The notes under the pieces: model-generated
What the model was told of the DNA's origin: nothing
Databases searched by the model: none
The model's input: only the letters and a program-made list of their open reading frames with translations
Position numbers and translations under genes: made by a program
Part shown: positions 1 through 10,364 of the stretch, in pieces
Layout of the letters: each line of letters starts with the position of its first letter
Position numbering within the stretch: the first letter of the stretch is position 1
Assembly: GCA_963771465.1 (NCBI GenBank)
Contig: CAVYTU010000013.1
Span: forward strand, 416,001-480,000
Length of the DNA: 64,000 bases
From: an uncultured delta proteobacterium
GTDB lineage: Bacteria; Desulfobacterota; Binatia; UBA9968
Reading direction: 5' to 3'

Positions 1-107
1 AAGCGCGACGGATTAGTTCAGATTTTTTCACTTTCGCGAATCGTGGCTCCCTTTACACCGACCACGCAGCGATCGAAAAAATTCGCCTGCCGCGCTGAAG
101 TTTCAAT

Positions 108-218
108 TTAGCTTTTGTTTTCGCCGCCATCTCGTCCCTTGGATACGAGTATAACATGCATGATCAGGGTCAACCCGATCAGCAGCACTAGGTAAAAGAG
201 TTCGGTTTCGTTTACCAT
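108..218 (-). CDS. Small single-pass membrane protein (36 aa, MVNETELFYLVLLIGLTLIMHVILVSKGRDGGENKS)
   Basis: Read manually (below ORF-track cutoff): GGAGG RBS, ATG at 218, TAA at 110-108, hydrophobic core, sigma54 motif upstream. Confidence 0.6.
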   Translation of the reverse strand: MVNETELFYLVLLIGLTLIMHVILVSKGRDGGENKS

Positions 219-272
219 AAGTCACCTCCGGTCAGGTCCGTACGGTGGGTTTGTTCCTCATTGAATTTAAAC

Positions 273-287
273 GCAACGAACGTGCCA
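273..287 (-). promoter_or_regulatory. sigma54 -24/-12 promoter
   Basis: Minus strand TGGCACGTTCGTTGC = GG-N10-GC, close to consensus TGGCACG-N4-TTGC. Confidence 0.75.
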
Positions 288-397
288 CAGAAACGCGACG
301 GCGAGTGGCGGAGGTCGAATCAACACCCGACGAGAACAGCGGGGGCCGCATGGTGCACGCGTTTGTATTCGTTTTTCAACAGTGAGAAAAAGGCTGC

Positions 398-2761
398 GTG
401 ACGGATTCGACGGTAGCTAATGACAGCGTTACGGCGAAATTCTTCGCCGGCCCGCGTCACAAGGCTTTCGCTGCTGCCTTGATCAGTCTTTTCCTGCTCA
501 CAGGGATCTGGTGGGCCGCGCACCTCTGGTACCGCAATGCGATGCTCGCTGAAGCGCGCGGCGACGTGTTGGCTGAACTCGACCCCTTTGGCAACGCGCT
601 AACGATCGATTTACGCCGCCGTTTCGATTTAATTTATGGACTTAGGGCGTGGGTAGGTACCCACCCGCTGATAACCGATCTTAGCGAGAACTTCGAAGCT
701 TTCGCACGCCAGCTAACCGAAGACGTCACCGGCATTCGCAACCTAAACGTCGCGCCAGGTGGCACGGTCCGTTTTGTTTATCCGCGGGCGGGCAATGAAG
801 CGAGTGTCAGCCGCGAGCTTTTCAACGACTCCCGGGTTGAGGTTCGCGAAGACATCGCACGGGCCGTAAAGTCGCGCAAAATGGTGATCAGCGGACCTTT
901 TGAGGTTGGCGGCTTTGGCACCGTGGCTCGCCTGGCGATCTTTCGTGATGAGAGTTTCTGGGGTTTGATCAACGTCGCAATCGACATTCCGCCGGTGATG
1001 GCAGAGGCAAGAATCGCCTCGCAAAAAAACTTGCAAATGGCTCTGAGAGATTCGCGCGGCCGGGTCTTTTTCGGAGCGCCGACCGTTTTTAATTCTGCCC
1101 CGGTGATCCATCGTGTGGAATTGCCGGATGGCCATTGGGAGCTTGCCGCGATTCCGGTCATGGGATGGAACGGCGCTATTCGCCGTGATTTGTGGATATT
1201 CGATATTGGCGCCCTTGCGATCACACTGTTGTTGAGCGCGGTCGCTTATCTGATAGCCTTTCGCGACGCGCGCTTGTACGCCCGAGTCGGGGAGCGCACG
1301 GGCTCGCTCAATGCAGAACTATCGCATCGAAACATAATTGAAACTCAACTCAGGGCGGCTGAGGATCGTTACCGCTCTTTGGTTGAGCTCAATCCTGACG
1401 CCGTGCTGGTCAATTTTAACCGGAAGATTGTTTTCGCCAACGATGCGGCGCTGCGATTGTTCGGCGGGAAGTTGCACGATCTCCTAGGCCGTTCGCCGTT
1501 GGATTTTGTCCTGCCAGACGAGCGAGCAGCAGTAGAGCAACAGTACCAGCGGGCTTTGGAATCCGGCGCACCTACCCAACCGGATATTCAGCGCAGAGTG
1601 CGTTTGGATGGTTCCTTTGTTGATGTGGAGACGGTCGGCGCGCCGTTGGCTTGGGAAGGCGGCGCCGCGGTGCAGATCATCATGCGCGATGTCACCGAGC
1701 AGCGAAAGGCAGAGCGCTCGCTGCATATCCTGATCGAAACTACCCAGGATGCCGTTATATCCATCGATCGCCGGGCGCAGATCGTCATGTTCAATGCCGC
1801 GGCGGAGCGAGTCTTCGGCTACAACAGGGCGGAAGTCGCCGGCGAGAAAGTTAACATGCTCATGGCCCAACCGTTCGCGACCGAGCATGACGGCTACATC
1901 GCGCGCTATGAAGCGACCGGCGAACCGCGCGCCATCGGCCGCATCCGCACGGTCAGCGCGCGGCGTAAAAACGGCGAAATTTTTCCCATCGAGCTGTCGG
2001 TGACGCAGATCGCAACGGGGGAAGAGATAAATTACGCGGCGTTCATCCGTGACATTTCGGAAAAAGTGAAGCTGCAACAACAAGCCGTCGAGAGCGAAAG
2101 GCTTGCCACCATCGGTACCATGGCGGCGAAGTTCGGCCACGAGCTCGGTAACCCGTTGAACGGCATGTCATTGACGATCCAACTTTTGGAACAGCGCTTG
2201 AGAAAACAGGCGGCGACGTCGGATGAGCAAGTTGCGTCGACATTGTCGCGACTGAAGAGCGAGATCTCTCGTTTGAATACTCTGCTGCAAGATTTTCGTT
2301 CTTTATCGCGGAAAGAAAATTACAATTTTCAGCCCATCAGCGTAGCCGCGTTGGTCGGCGAGGCGATCGAGATCGAGCTGCCGCGTTATGTCGAGCAAGG
2401 CGTAAACGTCGAGTCTAGCTTCACGACCGATCTGCCGCCGATCACCGTGGACATCGACAAAATGAAGCAGGTGATTTTGAATCTCGCTAAGAATGCAATC
2501 GAGGCCATGCCACATGGGGGCAAACTGTGGTTCAAAGGAGTGGCCACCAATGGCGCGGTGACCCTAGACATCTCAGACACGGGCGCGGGTATTCCACCAG
2601 GGGTCGATATCTTCGAGCCGTTCTTTACGACCAAGTCGTTCGGCACGGGCATCGGCATGACCATCGTGCGTCAGATTATCGCGGCTCATGGCGGCAGCGT
2701 AAGTTACCGCAGTGAACCGGGGCAAGGCACGACTTTTTCTATCAAATTACCGATAGGCTGA
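398..2761 (+). CDS. Membrane sensor histidine kinase: TM-CHASE-TM-PAS-PAS(FixL-like)-HisKA-HATPase
   Basis: H-box FGHELGNPL, N-box NLAKNA, G1 DTGAGI, F/G2 FEPFFTTK..GTGIG; second PAS has FixL-like EHDGYIARY...GRIRTV...FPIELSV. Confidence 0.92.
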   Translation: MTDSTVANDSVTAKFFAGPRHKAFAAALISLFLLTGIWWAAHLWYRNAMLAEARGDVLAELDPFGNALTIDLRRRFDLIYGLRAWVGTHPLITDLSENFEAFARQLTEDVTGIRNLNVAPGGTVRFVYPRAGNEASVSRELFNDSRVEVREDIARAVKSRKMVISGPFEVGGFGTVARLAIFRDESFWGLINVAIDIPPVMAEARIASQKNLQMALRDSRGRVFFGAPTVFNSAPVIHRVELPDGHWELAAIPVMGWNGAIRRDLWIFDIGALAITLLLSAVAYLIAFRDARLYARVGERTGSLNAELSHRNIIETQLRAAEDRYRSLVELNPDAVLVNFNRKIVFANDAALRLFGGKLHDLLGRSPLDFVLPDERAAVEQQYQRALESGAPTQPDIQRRVRLDGSFVDVETVGAPLAWEGGAAVQIIMRDVTEQRKAERSLHILIETTQDAVISIDRRAQIVMFNAAAERVFGYNRAEVAGEKVNMLMAQPFATEHDGYIARYEATGEPRAIGRIRTVSARRKNGEIFPIELSVTQIATGEEINYAAFIRDISEKVKLQQQAVESERLATIGTMAAKFGHELGNPLNGMSLTIQLLEQRLRKQAATSDEQVASTLSRLKSEISRLNTLLQDFRSLSRKENYNFQPISVAALVGEAIEIELPRYVEQGVNVESSFTTDLPPITVDIDKMKQVILNLAKNAIEAMPHGGKLWFKGVATNGAVTLDISDTGAGIPPGVDIFEPFFTTKSFGTGIGMTIVRQIIAAHGGSVSYRSEPGQGTTFSIKLPIG

Positions 2762-2783
2762 TCGTCGTTCTGGCGAACTGCCA

Positions 2784-2798
2784 TGGCCTATGAATTGC
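2784..2798 (+). promoter_or_regulatory. sigma54 -24/-12 promoter upstream of response regulator
   Basis: TGGCCTATGAATTGC = GG-N10-GC in the HK-RR intergenic gap. Confidence 0.6.
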
Positions 2799-2899
2799 TG
2801 ATTCAAGTAAACATGAAAGGATCGTGCGAATTCACGCCAGTCGATTTGCATCGATGAGAAAAACCCATATCGATTTCGCACTTGTGGGAAAATAATTCA

Positions 2900-4258
2900 A
2901 TGGGTCCAAGTGGCAATATACTAGTCGTCGAGGACCAAGAGAGCGCCCGGGATAGTCTCGTCGATCTGCTGCGCGGTGAAGGCTACGATGTCCACGAGGC
3001 GGCGGATGGCAATCAAGGGATAGCCAAGATCAATCAACTCGATCTCGATGTCGTGTTGACCGATCTGATGATGCCGGGAGCGGACGGCCTCGCAGTGCTC
3101 AAACATGTCAGCGAGTTCTCGCCGCAGACTTTAGTCATCCTCATGACCGCTCATGCATCGGTGGAGACCGCTATCGAGGCGATTCGCGCGGGCGCTCAAG
3201 ACTATCTCTTAAAGCCGCTGGTGTTCGAAGAGGTGTTGCGCAAGATTCAAACTCTCATGAGCCATCGACAGATGGCTTGGGAAAACCAGCTGCTTAGGCG
3301 CGAAGTCAGCGGCCATTTCGCGCCGGACCGCCCGCTGGGGCGAAGTCCTTCGATGCAGGACATCGTCAAGATGATCATGAAAGTAGCGCCGACGCCGACG
3401 ACGGTTCTCATCAGCGGCGAGAGCGGTGTCGGCAAGGAAGTGGTCGCGCGGACGATTCACGCAAACAGCTCGGGCAAGGACAATGTGTTCCTGCCGGTAA
3501 ATTGCAGCGCGATCCCGGAGAATCTTTTGGAGAGCCAGTTGTTTGGCCACATGAAAGGTTCGTTCACTGGCGCGGTGAACTCGCAAGAAGGCTTGTTCCA
3601 ACGCGCCCGCGGCGGCACGATCTTTCTCGACGAGATCGGCGAGATGCCGCTGAGCTTGCAGCCCAAGCTGCTGCGCGTCCTTGAGGAAAAAACCGTGTTG
3701 CCGGTCGGTTCGACGACACCGGTAAAAGTAAATGTGCGCATTCTCGCCGCTTCCAATCGTGACCTCAAAGCGGAAGTCGAAGCGGGACGCTTCAGCGAAG
3801 ATCTCTACTATCGGCTCTGTGTTTTCGAGATCGACATCCCGCCGCTGCGCAAGCGGCTCGAAGACTTGCCGGCGCTGGTGGAGCATCTGATCCACCGGCA
3901 TAATCTCGAGATGAAAACGAGCTACAAAGGCGTCGATAGCGCGACCATGCGGATTCTCATGTCGCTTCCGTGGAAGGGCAATATCCGGGAGCTCGACAAT
4001 GTGCTCGAGCGCGCCATGATTCTCGGTAACGGTGAATGGATCGCGCCGCCCGATCTGCCGGGCCATGGCTCGGCGGCTGCCGATGGCGAATATGTTGCCG
4101 AGGACAATCTGACTAAGGCCATCGAGCTCTACGAGAAAACTCACATCGAACGGACCCTCGGGAAAACCGCCGGCGACAAGATCCGCGCCGCCGAACTGCT
4201 GGGGCTCAGTCTATCGACGCTCTATCGGAAGATCGAGAAACTGGAGATCGAGGGATAG
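2900..4258 (+). CDS. NtrC/AtoC-family sigma54-dependent response regulator (REC-AAA-Fis HTH)
   Basis: REC (VVEDQ, TDLMMP, KP), Walker A GESGVGKE, GSFTGA loop, FLDEIGE, WKGNIRELDN, C-terminal STLYRKI; ATG at 2900 chosen over upstream TTG. Confidence 0.95.
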   Translation: MGPSGNILVVEDQESARDSLVDLLRGEGYDVHEAADGNQGIAKINQLDLDVVLTDLMMPGADGLAVLKHVSEFSPQTLVILMTAHASVETAIEAIRAGAQDYLLKPLVFEEVLRKIQTLMSHRQMAWENQLLRREVSGHFAPDRPLGRSPSMQDIVKMIMKVAPTPTTVLISGESGVGKEVVARTIHANSSGKDNVFLPVNCSAIPENLLESQLFGHMKGSFTGAVNSQEGLFQRARGGTIFLDEIGEMPLSLQPKLLRVLEEKTVLPVGSTTPVKVNVRILAASNRDLKAEVEAGRFSEDLYYRLCVFEIDIPPLRKRLEDLPALVEHLIHRHNLEMKTSYKGVDSATMRILMSLPWKGNIRELDNVLERAMILGNGEWIAPPDLPGHGSAAADGEYVAEDNLTKAIELYEKTHIERTLGKTAGDKIRAAELLGLSLSTLYRKIEKLEIEG

Positions 4259-4328
4259 CCTGCCGCTTAATGTCGGTCGCGCCGGATTGCCGAGGCGTTA
4301 TCGACTCAGGGAGTGAAACGCGATCCTG

Positions 4329-5114
4329 CTACTTCGTCGGACCGGTCGCTTTCGCGTTGGCGAACATTTGGGTGACGACGTCGACGGGTACAGGCAACAC
4401 AACGGTGTGATTATTTTCCGCCGCCACCTGGACTAAACTCTGCAAAAAGCGCAAATGCATAGCCATAGGTTGCTGGGCGATAACGCCGGCCGCGTCGGCT
4501 AACTTCTGCGATGCCTCAAACTCGCCCTCAGCATGAATGATCTTGGCGCGCCGTTCGCGCTCCGCCTCCGCTTGCTTGGCCATGGCGCGCTGCATTTCTT
4601 GGGGCAAATCGATATGCTTGAGCTCGACCAAGACGACTTTCACGCCCCAGGGTTCCGTTTGGGCGTCTAGGATGGTTTGGATTCTGGCGTTGATCTTTTC
4701 TCTTTCGGCGAGCAACTCATCGAGTTCTCCCTGGCCGCAGACGCTGCGTAAGGTCACTTGAGCGAGCTGCGACGTGGCAAACAGATAGTTCTCGACTTCA
4801 CGAATCGCGCGGGTCGGATCCAGGACTCGGAAATAGAGCACCGCGCTTACTTTGACCGAGACATTGTCTCGAGTGATGACATCCTGGGGCGGCACGTCCA
4901 GGGTCACCGTGCGCAGCTCGACGCGCACCATCTTCTCAATCCAGGGAATCACGTAAGTAATCCCCGGGCCGCGCGACGCGACCAGCCGTCCCAAGCGAAA
5001 GATGACCGCGCGCTGATATTCCTTGAGGATCTTGACGCCGCTGAACAGTACAATGGCGGCGATGGCGAATACGATTCCGGCCGGACCGAGAATTTGTCGA
5101 ATGATCTCTAGCAT
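4329..5114 (-). CDS. SPFH/stomatin (slipin) family protein
   Basis: [40 protein letters not shown] motifs. Confidence 0.93.
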   Translation of the reverse strand: MLEIIRQILGPAGIVFAIAAIVLFSGVKILKEYQRAVIFRLGRLVASRGPGITYVIPWIEKMVRVELRTVTLDVPPQDVITRDNVSVKVSAVLYFRVLDPTRAIREVENYLFATSQLAQVTLRSVCGQGELDELLAEREKINARIQTILDAQTEPWGVKVVLVELKHIDLPQEMQRAMAKQAEAERERRAKIIHAEGEFEASQKLADAAGVIAQQPMAMHLRFLQSLVQVAAENNHTVVLPVPVDVVTQMFANAKATGPTK

Positions 5115-5259
5115 GATCTTGCCTTCAATCTTGGTTCAACTCGCTTAATCTTTGAATAGATCGATCCCGCTGTTTTGCGCTTCGGCATCGTGAAAATCGT
5201 CCCCGGCCTTGATCCCCACACTACTATTTACCCCTGCTCCTGGCCAGCGCGTTGCCTGA

Positions 5260-5688
5260 CTATTCTTGAATATGTTGCAGGTAGAAAACCAGGCCCAAGA
5301 TGCGGCCCGCCGCTTGGGATTTTGCCCCAGGATCGTTGCCGCCGGATTCAACGCGAAAGCGCGGACCCCACACTGGCATTTGGCTCATGCTATGACCGCG
5401 CACTTCTTCGCGTCCGTCGATGGTGCGGTAAACCTGCCAGAAAGGAAATTTGTCGCGTACTTCTTTAGACAATTGCGTCAGGTTGGCCGGCGGTAAGGTG
5501 AGATATTTGCTCATGATGCCGGTGCCGCTGGCCTCAACACCGTGGCACACGGCGCCATGGCTTTGATACCCGAGCTCGCCGCCGGCGATCACTTCTAGTT
5601 CTTGGGCCGTGGCCCTCGGCGACGGCGCCGACAATACGAAGATTAGCGCCAGCAGAATTCCACTCGCCATGAGGATCGCTAATTTCAT
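5260..5688 (-). pseudogene. c-type cytochrome paralog with disrupted heme motif (GAVCH instead of CxxCH)
   Basis: Similar to 11057-11464 (IDGR..VRGH...MPVWG) and has a signal peptide, but first Cys is Gly; may be a single-base error. Confidence 0.65.
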
Positions 5689-5793
5689 TTTAATTCTCCA
5701 CTGACCGCGAATGGAAACTGAGCCATTGAGAGACCAGAGGATTTGACCAGTCAGAGTCGTATGCTGTAAGCGGTTTGCTCTCGTGTATTTGAC

Positions 5794-5807
5794 TCGCATG
5801 ATTGCGA
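5794..5807. promoter_or_regulatory. Putative enhancer (UAS) palindrome TCGCA-N4-TGCGA
   Basis: Perfect palindrome about 70 bp upstream of sigma54 motif; variants recur at 2876, 9707, 11579, 15870, 30229. Confidence 0.5.
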
Positions 5808-5878
5808 GAAAACGCCAGCGGGTTTTTCAATTCTACGAATTCAGCGCGCTTGAATGTTGAAAATTCACGCCTCATGGA

Positions 5879-5893
5879 TGGCACAGCCATTGC
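5879..5893 (+). promoter_or_regulatory. sigma54 -24/-12 promoter of USP operon
   Basis: TGGCACAGCCATTGC. Confidence 0.8.
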
Positions 5894-5949
5894 GGAATGA
5901 ACTTATCAGTGGGTGAAGATAGCGACCGCAGTGGAGTCGAGGAGGAGAT

Positions 5950-6855
5950 ATGTATAGCAAAGTGCTGATACCGTTGGACGGTTCTAAGACGGCAGAAAAG
6001 GTCCTGCCTTACGCTCGGTACCTGGCGCACAAATTCAAAATCCCCGTCGAACTATTGGCGGTGATCGATATCGCCGAAATGGCTACCCATGTCTCAGCGG
6101 AAAAGATTCGTCACCTCGACACTTTGGTCGAAGACGGCGTGCGCGCCAGCACGACCTATTTACGCGGCATCGCGACGACGTTTCGCTACGCCAATGTGAC
6201 ATGCACGGTGGAGAAGGACCGCGCCGAAAACGCGATCATCGGTAAAGGTGAAACCGACAGCGCGATGTTGATCGCCATGGCGACCCACGGCCGCTCCGGC
6301 TTGAATCGCTTCTTGCTCGGTAGCGTGGCGGAGAAAGTTTTGCGCGGCACCGTCAATCCGTTGCTCTTGGTGCGCGCGACCGAGGCAGCGAAGGCCGAGG
6401 GCGAAGTGGTGTTTAGATCGGTCGTGGTGCCGCTGGATGGTTCCGAACTCGCCGAAAGCGTCATTCCCATGATGGCAGATGTCGCCAAAGCGTTGGATCT
6501 CGAAGTCGTGCTGTTTCGCGCCTATCAAACCCCGTATAACGCCTACGCGGGCGCCGATCGCTACTTCGCCGTCAATTACGATGAACTGATTGCCGGCGCG
6601 CGCGATGAGGCCAACGAGTATCTCGAAAAGAAAGTCGCAGACGTCAAGAAGCTCGGCGTCGCGAAAGTCTCGGCAATGATCAAAGAAGGGTTCGCCGGCG
6701 ATGAGATCATCGCCGCGGGGCGCAAGATACCGAACAGCGTGATCGCCATGTGCTCCCACGGCTATTCCGGTGTTAAGCGCTGGATGCTCGGCAGCGTCAC
6801 CGAAACCGTGGTACGCCACGCGGGAGAACCAGTGCTGATCAGTCGCCCCGGTTGA
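5950..6855 (+). CDS. Tandem-domain universal stress protein
   Basis: Two USP domains (IPLDGS / VPLDGS; ATHGRSG..GSVAEKV; GSVTETVVR). Confidence 0.95.
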   Translation: MYSKVLIPLDGSKTAEKVLPYARYLAHKFKIPVELLAVIDIAEMATHVSAEKIRHLDTLVEDGVRASTTYLRGIATTFRYANVTCTVEKDRAENAIIGKGETDSAMLIAMATHGRSGLNRFLLGSVAEKVLRGTVNPLLLVRATEAAKAEGEVVFRSVVVPLDGSELAESVIPMMADVAKALDLEVVLFRAYQTPYNAYAGADRYFAVNYDELIAGARDEANEYLEKKVADVKKLGVAKVSAMIKEGFAGDEIIAAGRKIPNSVIAMCSHGYSGVKRWMLGSVTETVVRHAGEPVLISRPG

Positions 6856-6884
6856 TATACAACCAGGAATGAAGGAGCAGAGCT

Positions 6885-7856
6885 ATGTATTCGAAGATCC
6901 TTGTGCCGCTGGACGGTTCCAAGACGGCAGAAAACGTGCTGCCCTATGCTCGTTGTTTTGCCCGGAGTCTACAGGTGCCGGTCGAGTTGATGGCCGTAGT
7001 GGATTCAGTTGAGATGGCGCGTAACGTCTCGGCGGCCGAGAGTCTGTGTTCAGACACGCTGATCGACGACGAGATTCGAAGGTGTGGCAATTACTTGCAA
7101 CAGGTGACCAATAACTTTCCCGTCAATGGGGCGCGATGCACGGTGGAAAAGGGAAAGGCAGCTGACGTCATCATCGAATCGGCTGCAGCGCAGAGAAAAA
7201 CGCTAATCGCCATGGCAACTCATGGACGCTCCGGTCTCAATCGCTGGCTGTTGGGCAGCGTGGCGGAAAAAGTTCTACGAGGCACCTCAAATCCATTGCT
7301 CCTGGTGAGAGCGAAGCAGCAAACCCCGCCGTGGGAAATGGCGGCATTGAAGCGAGTCATTGTTCCGCTCGATGGGTCGGAGTTGTCGGAACGAGTTTTG
7401 CCCTACGTTGAAGCATTGGCAAACCATCTTGATTTGGAAGTGACCCTGTTCGGTGTCTACGGCATTCCCTTGGTCGCCGGTGGAACCGGCGAAGGTTTTT
7501 ATAATTCCGATCAGATGGACGCACTCATTGCCGGGGTCCGTGCCGAAACCGTGACGTATCTCGCAGTTAAGACCGAAGAGTTGAAACAGAAAGGCTTCAA
7601 CAAAGTCTCGTTCAAAGCTAAAGAGGGTCTCGTAGCGGACGGTATTATTGCAATGGCGCGAGAGACTCCCGACACTCTAATCGCGATGTGTTCCCACGGC
7701 CGTACCGGCGTGAAGCGTTGGGTGCTGGGGAGTGTAACCGAAACGGTGGTGCGTCATTCGGACAACGCCGTTTTGGTTATACCGCCGGGAGCGGACTTTC
7801 CTCACCGTAAGACAAATCACCTAGCACAGAAAGGAATCTCGTATGGCGCTGCTTAA
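6885..7856 (+). CDS. Tandem-domain universal stress protein (paralog of upstream gene)
   Basis: Same two-USP architecture and motifs. Confidence 0.95.
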   Translation: MYSKILVPLDGSKTAENVLPYARCFARSLQVPVELMAVVDSVEMARNVSAAESLCSDTLIDDEIRRCGNYLQQVTNNFPVNGARCTVEKGKAADVIIESAAAQRKTLIAMATHGRSGLNRWLLGSVAEKVLRGTSNPLLLVRAKQQTPPWEMAALKRVIVPLDGSELSERVLPYVEALANHLDLEVTLFGVYGIPLVAGGTGEGFYNSDQMDALIAGVRAETVTYLAVKTEELKQKGFNKVSFKAKEGLVADGIIAMARETPDTLIAMCSHGRTGVKRWVLGSVTETVVRHSDNAVLVIPPGADFPHRKTNHLAQKGISYGAA

Positions 7857-8268
7857 AAAAATTCTCGCGCCGACCGATTTTTCTGAGTTATCGGCCGAAG
7901 GCGTGCGTTACGCGTGTCATCTGGCCAGGGATGTCGGCGCGCACGTGATCGTCTTGAACGTCATCGTACTGGATGAATCCAATACGACCGGGAAGGGCGA
8001 GATGGAGCGGCACAAACAGCGGCTCGAAGAGTTCGTTGGCAAAACCGTTAGCCATCGGGCTGATTTGAAAATCCGCGAAGTCGTCGTCGCTGGCCAGCCC
8101 TACGGCGCCATTGTCAATTGCGCTGAACACGAGAAAGTTGACCTGATCGTCATGTCTACCCACGGTCGCGGCGGCTTATCGCGCATGTTGATCGGAAGCG
8201 TTACCGACAAACTTTTACGCAGCGCGACTTGTCCGGTTTTGGTCGTGCCGGCGGAGAGCAAGCGCTAG
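7843..8268 (+). CDS. Universal stress protein
   Basis: ILAPTDFS, MSTHGRGG..GSVTDKLLRSATCPVLVV. Confidence 0.95.
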   Translation: MALLKKILAPTDFSELSAEGVRYACHLARDVGAHVIVLNVIVLDESNTTGKGEMERHKQRLEEFVGKTVSHRADLKIREVVVAGQPYGAIVNCAEHEKVDLIVMSTHGRGGLSRMLIGSVTDKLLRSATCPVLVVPAESKR

Positions 8269-8349
8269 CGTTGGGATGTGGCGAGTGAGTGGCGGCCGCC
8301 AAGAGATTCGCGTGGCATCGGTAATCCCGAAGCATCGAGTGACGCCACG

Positions 8350-8616
8350 TCATTTGATATCGGCGATCTTCTTGATGCCGTCGCCCCAATCTTCGACTCT
8401 AAAATCTTCGAACGGTACGACGATGGGATCTTTTTCCTCGATCACAATCATGCGCGTCTTATGTTCGACCAGGAACGAAATTTTCAACAGCAACGAGTCG
8501 TCTCTTACTTCCAGAAGACTAACCTTTTCTTCGAAGTAGGAATATTCCTTGTTGCGCAGAATCTCCTTGATCCTTTCTCGGGTGAGAACTTGTTTGTCGC
8601 CCAAAAAACCGCCCAT
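8350..8616 (-). CDS. Hypothetical protein (88 aa)
   Basis: GGAGG RBS, natural-looking composition, co-oriented with CBS genes. Confidence 0.55.
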   Translation of the reverse strand: MGGFLGDKQVLTRERIKEILRNKEYSYFEEKVSLLEVRDDSLLLKISFLVEHKTRMIVIEEKDPIVVPFEDFRVEDWGDGIKKIADIK

Positions 8617-8695
8617 AACACCTCCCGAGTCCTCGCTGCGCGAGGACTCAATTACAAATTAAGAATTCCAGAGTGCAAATGCCGAGTTTCAGATT

Positions 8696-9118
8696 TCACG
8701 CCAAGCTTTCGACGTAGCGTAAAATGTCGGTCGTCGTGACCAATCCCACGACCATGCCGGCGCTGACCACGGGAACGCCGCCGATCTTTTTCTCTGCCAT
8801 GAGATGGGCGACGTCCTTGATCGGCGTGTCGGGTGTGGCAGTCACGACGCGCTTCTTCATCACTTCCTTGATCAAGACGCTTTTTAGCAGCGCGGATTTA
8901 TTCTTCTGTTTGAGGCCGAAGATTTTACCAGCGGCCGCACCGATGAGATCCCTTTCGGTGATGATTCCAACGAGGCGTCCGTCATCGACGATTGGGATAT
9001 GACGGATGCGCCCCAATGAGATGACGTCATTGGCTAAATCCAATGTGTCATTCGGTTGGAGCGTCACCGGACTGCCCATCATGATTTCGCGCGCAACTCC
9101 TTCTTTCCCGTTTTTCAT
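8696..9118 (-). CDS. CBS-domain protein (AcuB-like pair)
   Basis: IRHIPIVDDGRLVGIITERDL and second CBS repeat. Confidence 0.92.
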   Translation of the reverse strand: MKNGKEGVAREIMMGSPVTLQPNDTLDLANDVISLGRIRHIPIVDDGRLVGIITERDLIGAAAGKIFGLKQKNKSALLKSVLIKEVMKKRVVTATPDTPIKDVAHLMAEKKIGGVPVVSAGMVVGLVTTTDILRYVESLA

Positions 9119-9120
9119 GG

Positions 9121-9531
9121 TTACTCCTCCTGTAGCCGATTGAGAAAACAGCGCAGCACGTCGATGTAAGAGACAATTCCCACCAACCCCTCCGCTTCGT
9201 CGACTACCGGTATCGCGCCAAACTTTTGCTCGATCAGCATCTCGACAGCTTCCTGCAAATCATCGCCCGGCGCGACATAAAGCGGCTCCGTGGTCATAAT
9301 GTCGCGCACGGGCGTCTTCAATGCTTTTTCTCTTTCGGGCGAGTTGATCGGTATCGCATCACTCAGGAATCCGTGAATGTCTCGGTCGGTAATGATGCCG
9401 ACCAGTTCATGGTCGTCAACCACTGGAATCTGGCGAATGTTGTTCTCCGACATCAGCTCGTCGGCGACGCCAACGGATTCAATGCTGCTGACCGTCAGCG
9501 GATTAGGAGTCATTACGTCTATAACTTTCAT
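9121..9531 (-). CDS. CBS-domain protein
   Basis: MKVIDVMTPNP, IRQIPVVD..LVGIITDRD; GGGAGG RBS before ATG 9531. Confidence 0.92.
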   Translation of the reverse strand: MKVIDVMTPNPLTVSSIESVGVADELMSENNIRQIPVVDDHELVGIITDRDIHGFLSDAIPINSPEREKALKTPVRDIMTTEPLYVAPGDDLQEAVEMLIEQKFGAIPVVDEAEGLVGIVSYIDVLRCFLNRLQEE

Positions 9532-9600
9532 CCAATTATACCTCCCGATAGGCGCCGTGAGTGTCATCATCGAACTCTCCTCATGCCACTCCCTTGTGCT

Positions 9601-9615
9601 GCACTGTCCGTGCCA
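9601..9615 (-). promoter_or_regulatory. sigma54 promoter for CBS genes
   Basis: Minus strand TGGCACGGACAGTGC (GG-N10-GC). Confidence 0.7.
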
Positions 9616-9770
9616 ACGAACCAGCGAGATTTATGTTCGGTCATTCGCTGCTTGCGAGCGATGTTGCCGGGCTTTTTTTCACCGATGAAAATCGAGCGGT
9701 AAATTTCCGCAATGATGCGAAAATCACTAATAGCTCAGACTAAAATGGCGCTAAAACTAGGTCTATTCGG

Positions 9771-9785
9771 GGGCATGTTTCTTGC
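9771..9785 (+). promoter_or_regulatory. sigma54 promoter for USP gene (divergent partner)
   Basis: GGGCATGTTTCTTGC (GG-N10-GC); UAS-like CCGCA-N4-TGCGA at 9707-9720 lies between the two promoters. Confidence 0.65.
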
Positions 9786-9835
9786 GCGTGCATTTCTCGT
9801 GGTTGCTCATATTGCGACCGGATTAGGAGGCTAAC

Positions 9836-10291
9836 GTGTATAAGCTAAATAAAATCATCGCGCCGACCGATCTTTCCAACCTATCCAGATCGGCGGTGCG
9901 CCAGGCGCTGGAAATCGCCATGGAGCAAGATGCGGCCGTGATCGTCTATTATGTGATCAGCGAAGACGGCGATTGGTTCGGCAAAGATGACGGGCTCAAT
10001 CCCGCCAGCGCCACTGTGCCGCAGCAGAAAGAGCGGTTGCATGCGTTCATCAAAGAAAACTTCGCCGATCTAATCGGTAAGGTAACGATCACGGAAGTTG
10101 TCGAGGCGGGAGTTCCTTACAATAAAATTGTCAAAAAAGCCGAGGAGGAAAAAGCTGACTTGATCGTGATGTCCACCCGCGGCCGCACCGGTATCGAGCA
10201 GATCATGCTCGGTAGTGTGACGGCGAGAGTCGTCGCTCGCGCGGGTTGCCCGGTGCTGTCGATTCGCCCGGCGAAGTCGTCGGCGCATTGA
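9836..10291 (+). CDS. Universal stress protein
   Basis: IIAPTDLS, MSTRGRTG..GSVTARVV..CPVL; AGGAGG RBS. Confidence 0.93.
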   Translation: MYKLNKIIAPTDLSNLSRSAVRQALEIAMEQDAAVIVYYVISEDGDWFGKDDGLNPASATVPQQKERLHAFIKENFADLIGKVTITEVVEAGVPYNKIVKKAEEEKADLIVMSTRGRTGIEQIMLGSVTARVVARAGCPVLSIRPAKSSAH

Positions 10292-10364
10292 GCCAGCACT
10301 TCCGAATAAAGAATCAACCGCAAAGGTCGCAAAATTAAGAAAGCGATTCTGAATTTGGCACGGG

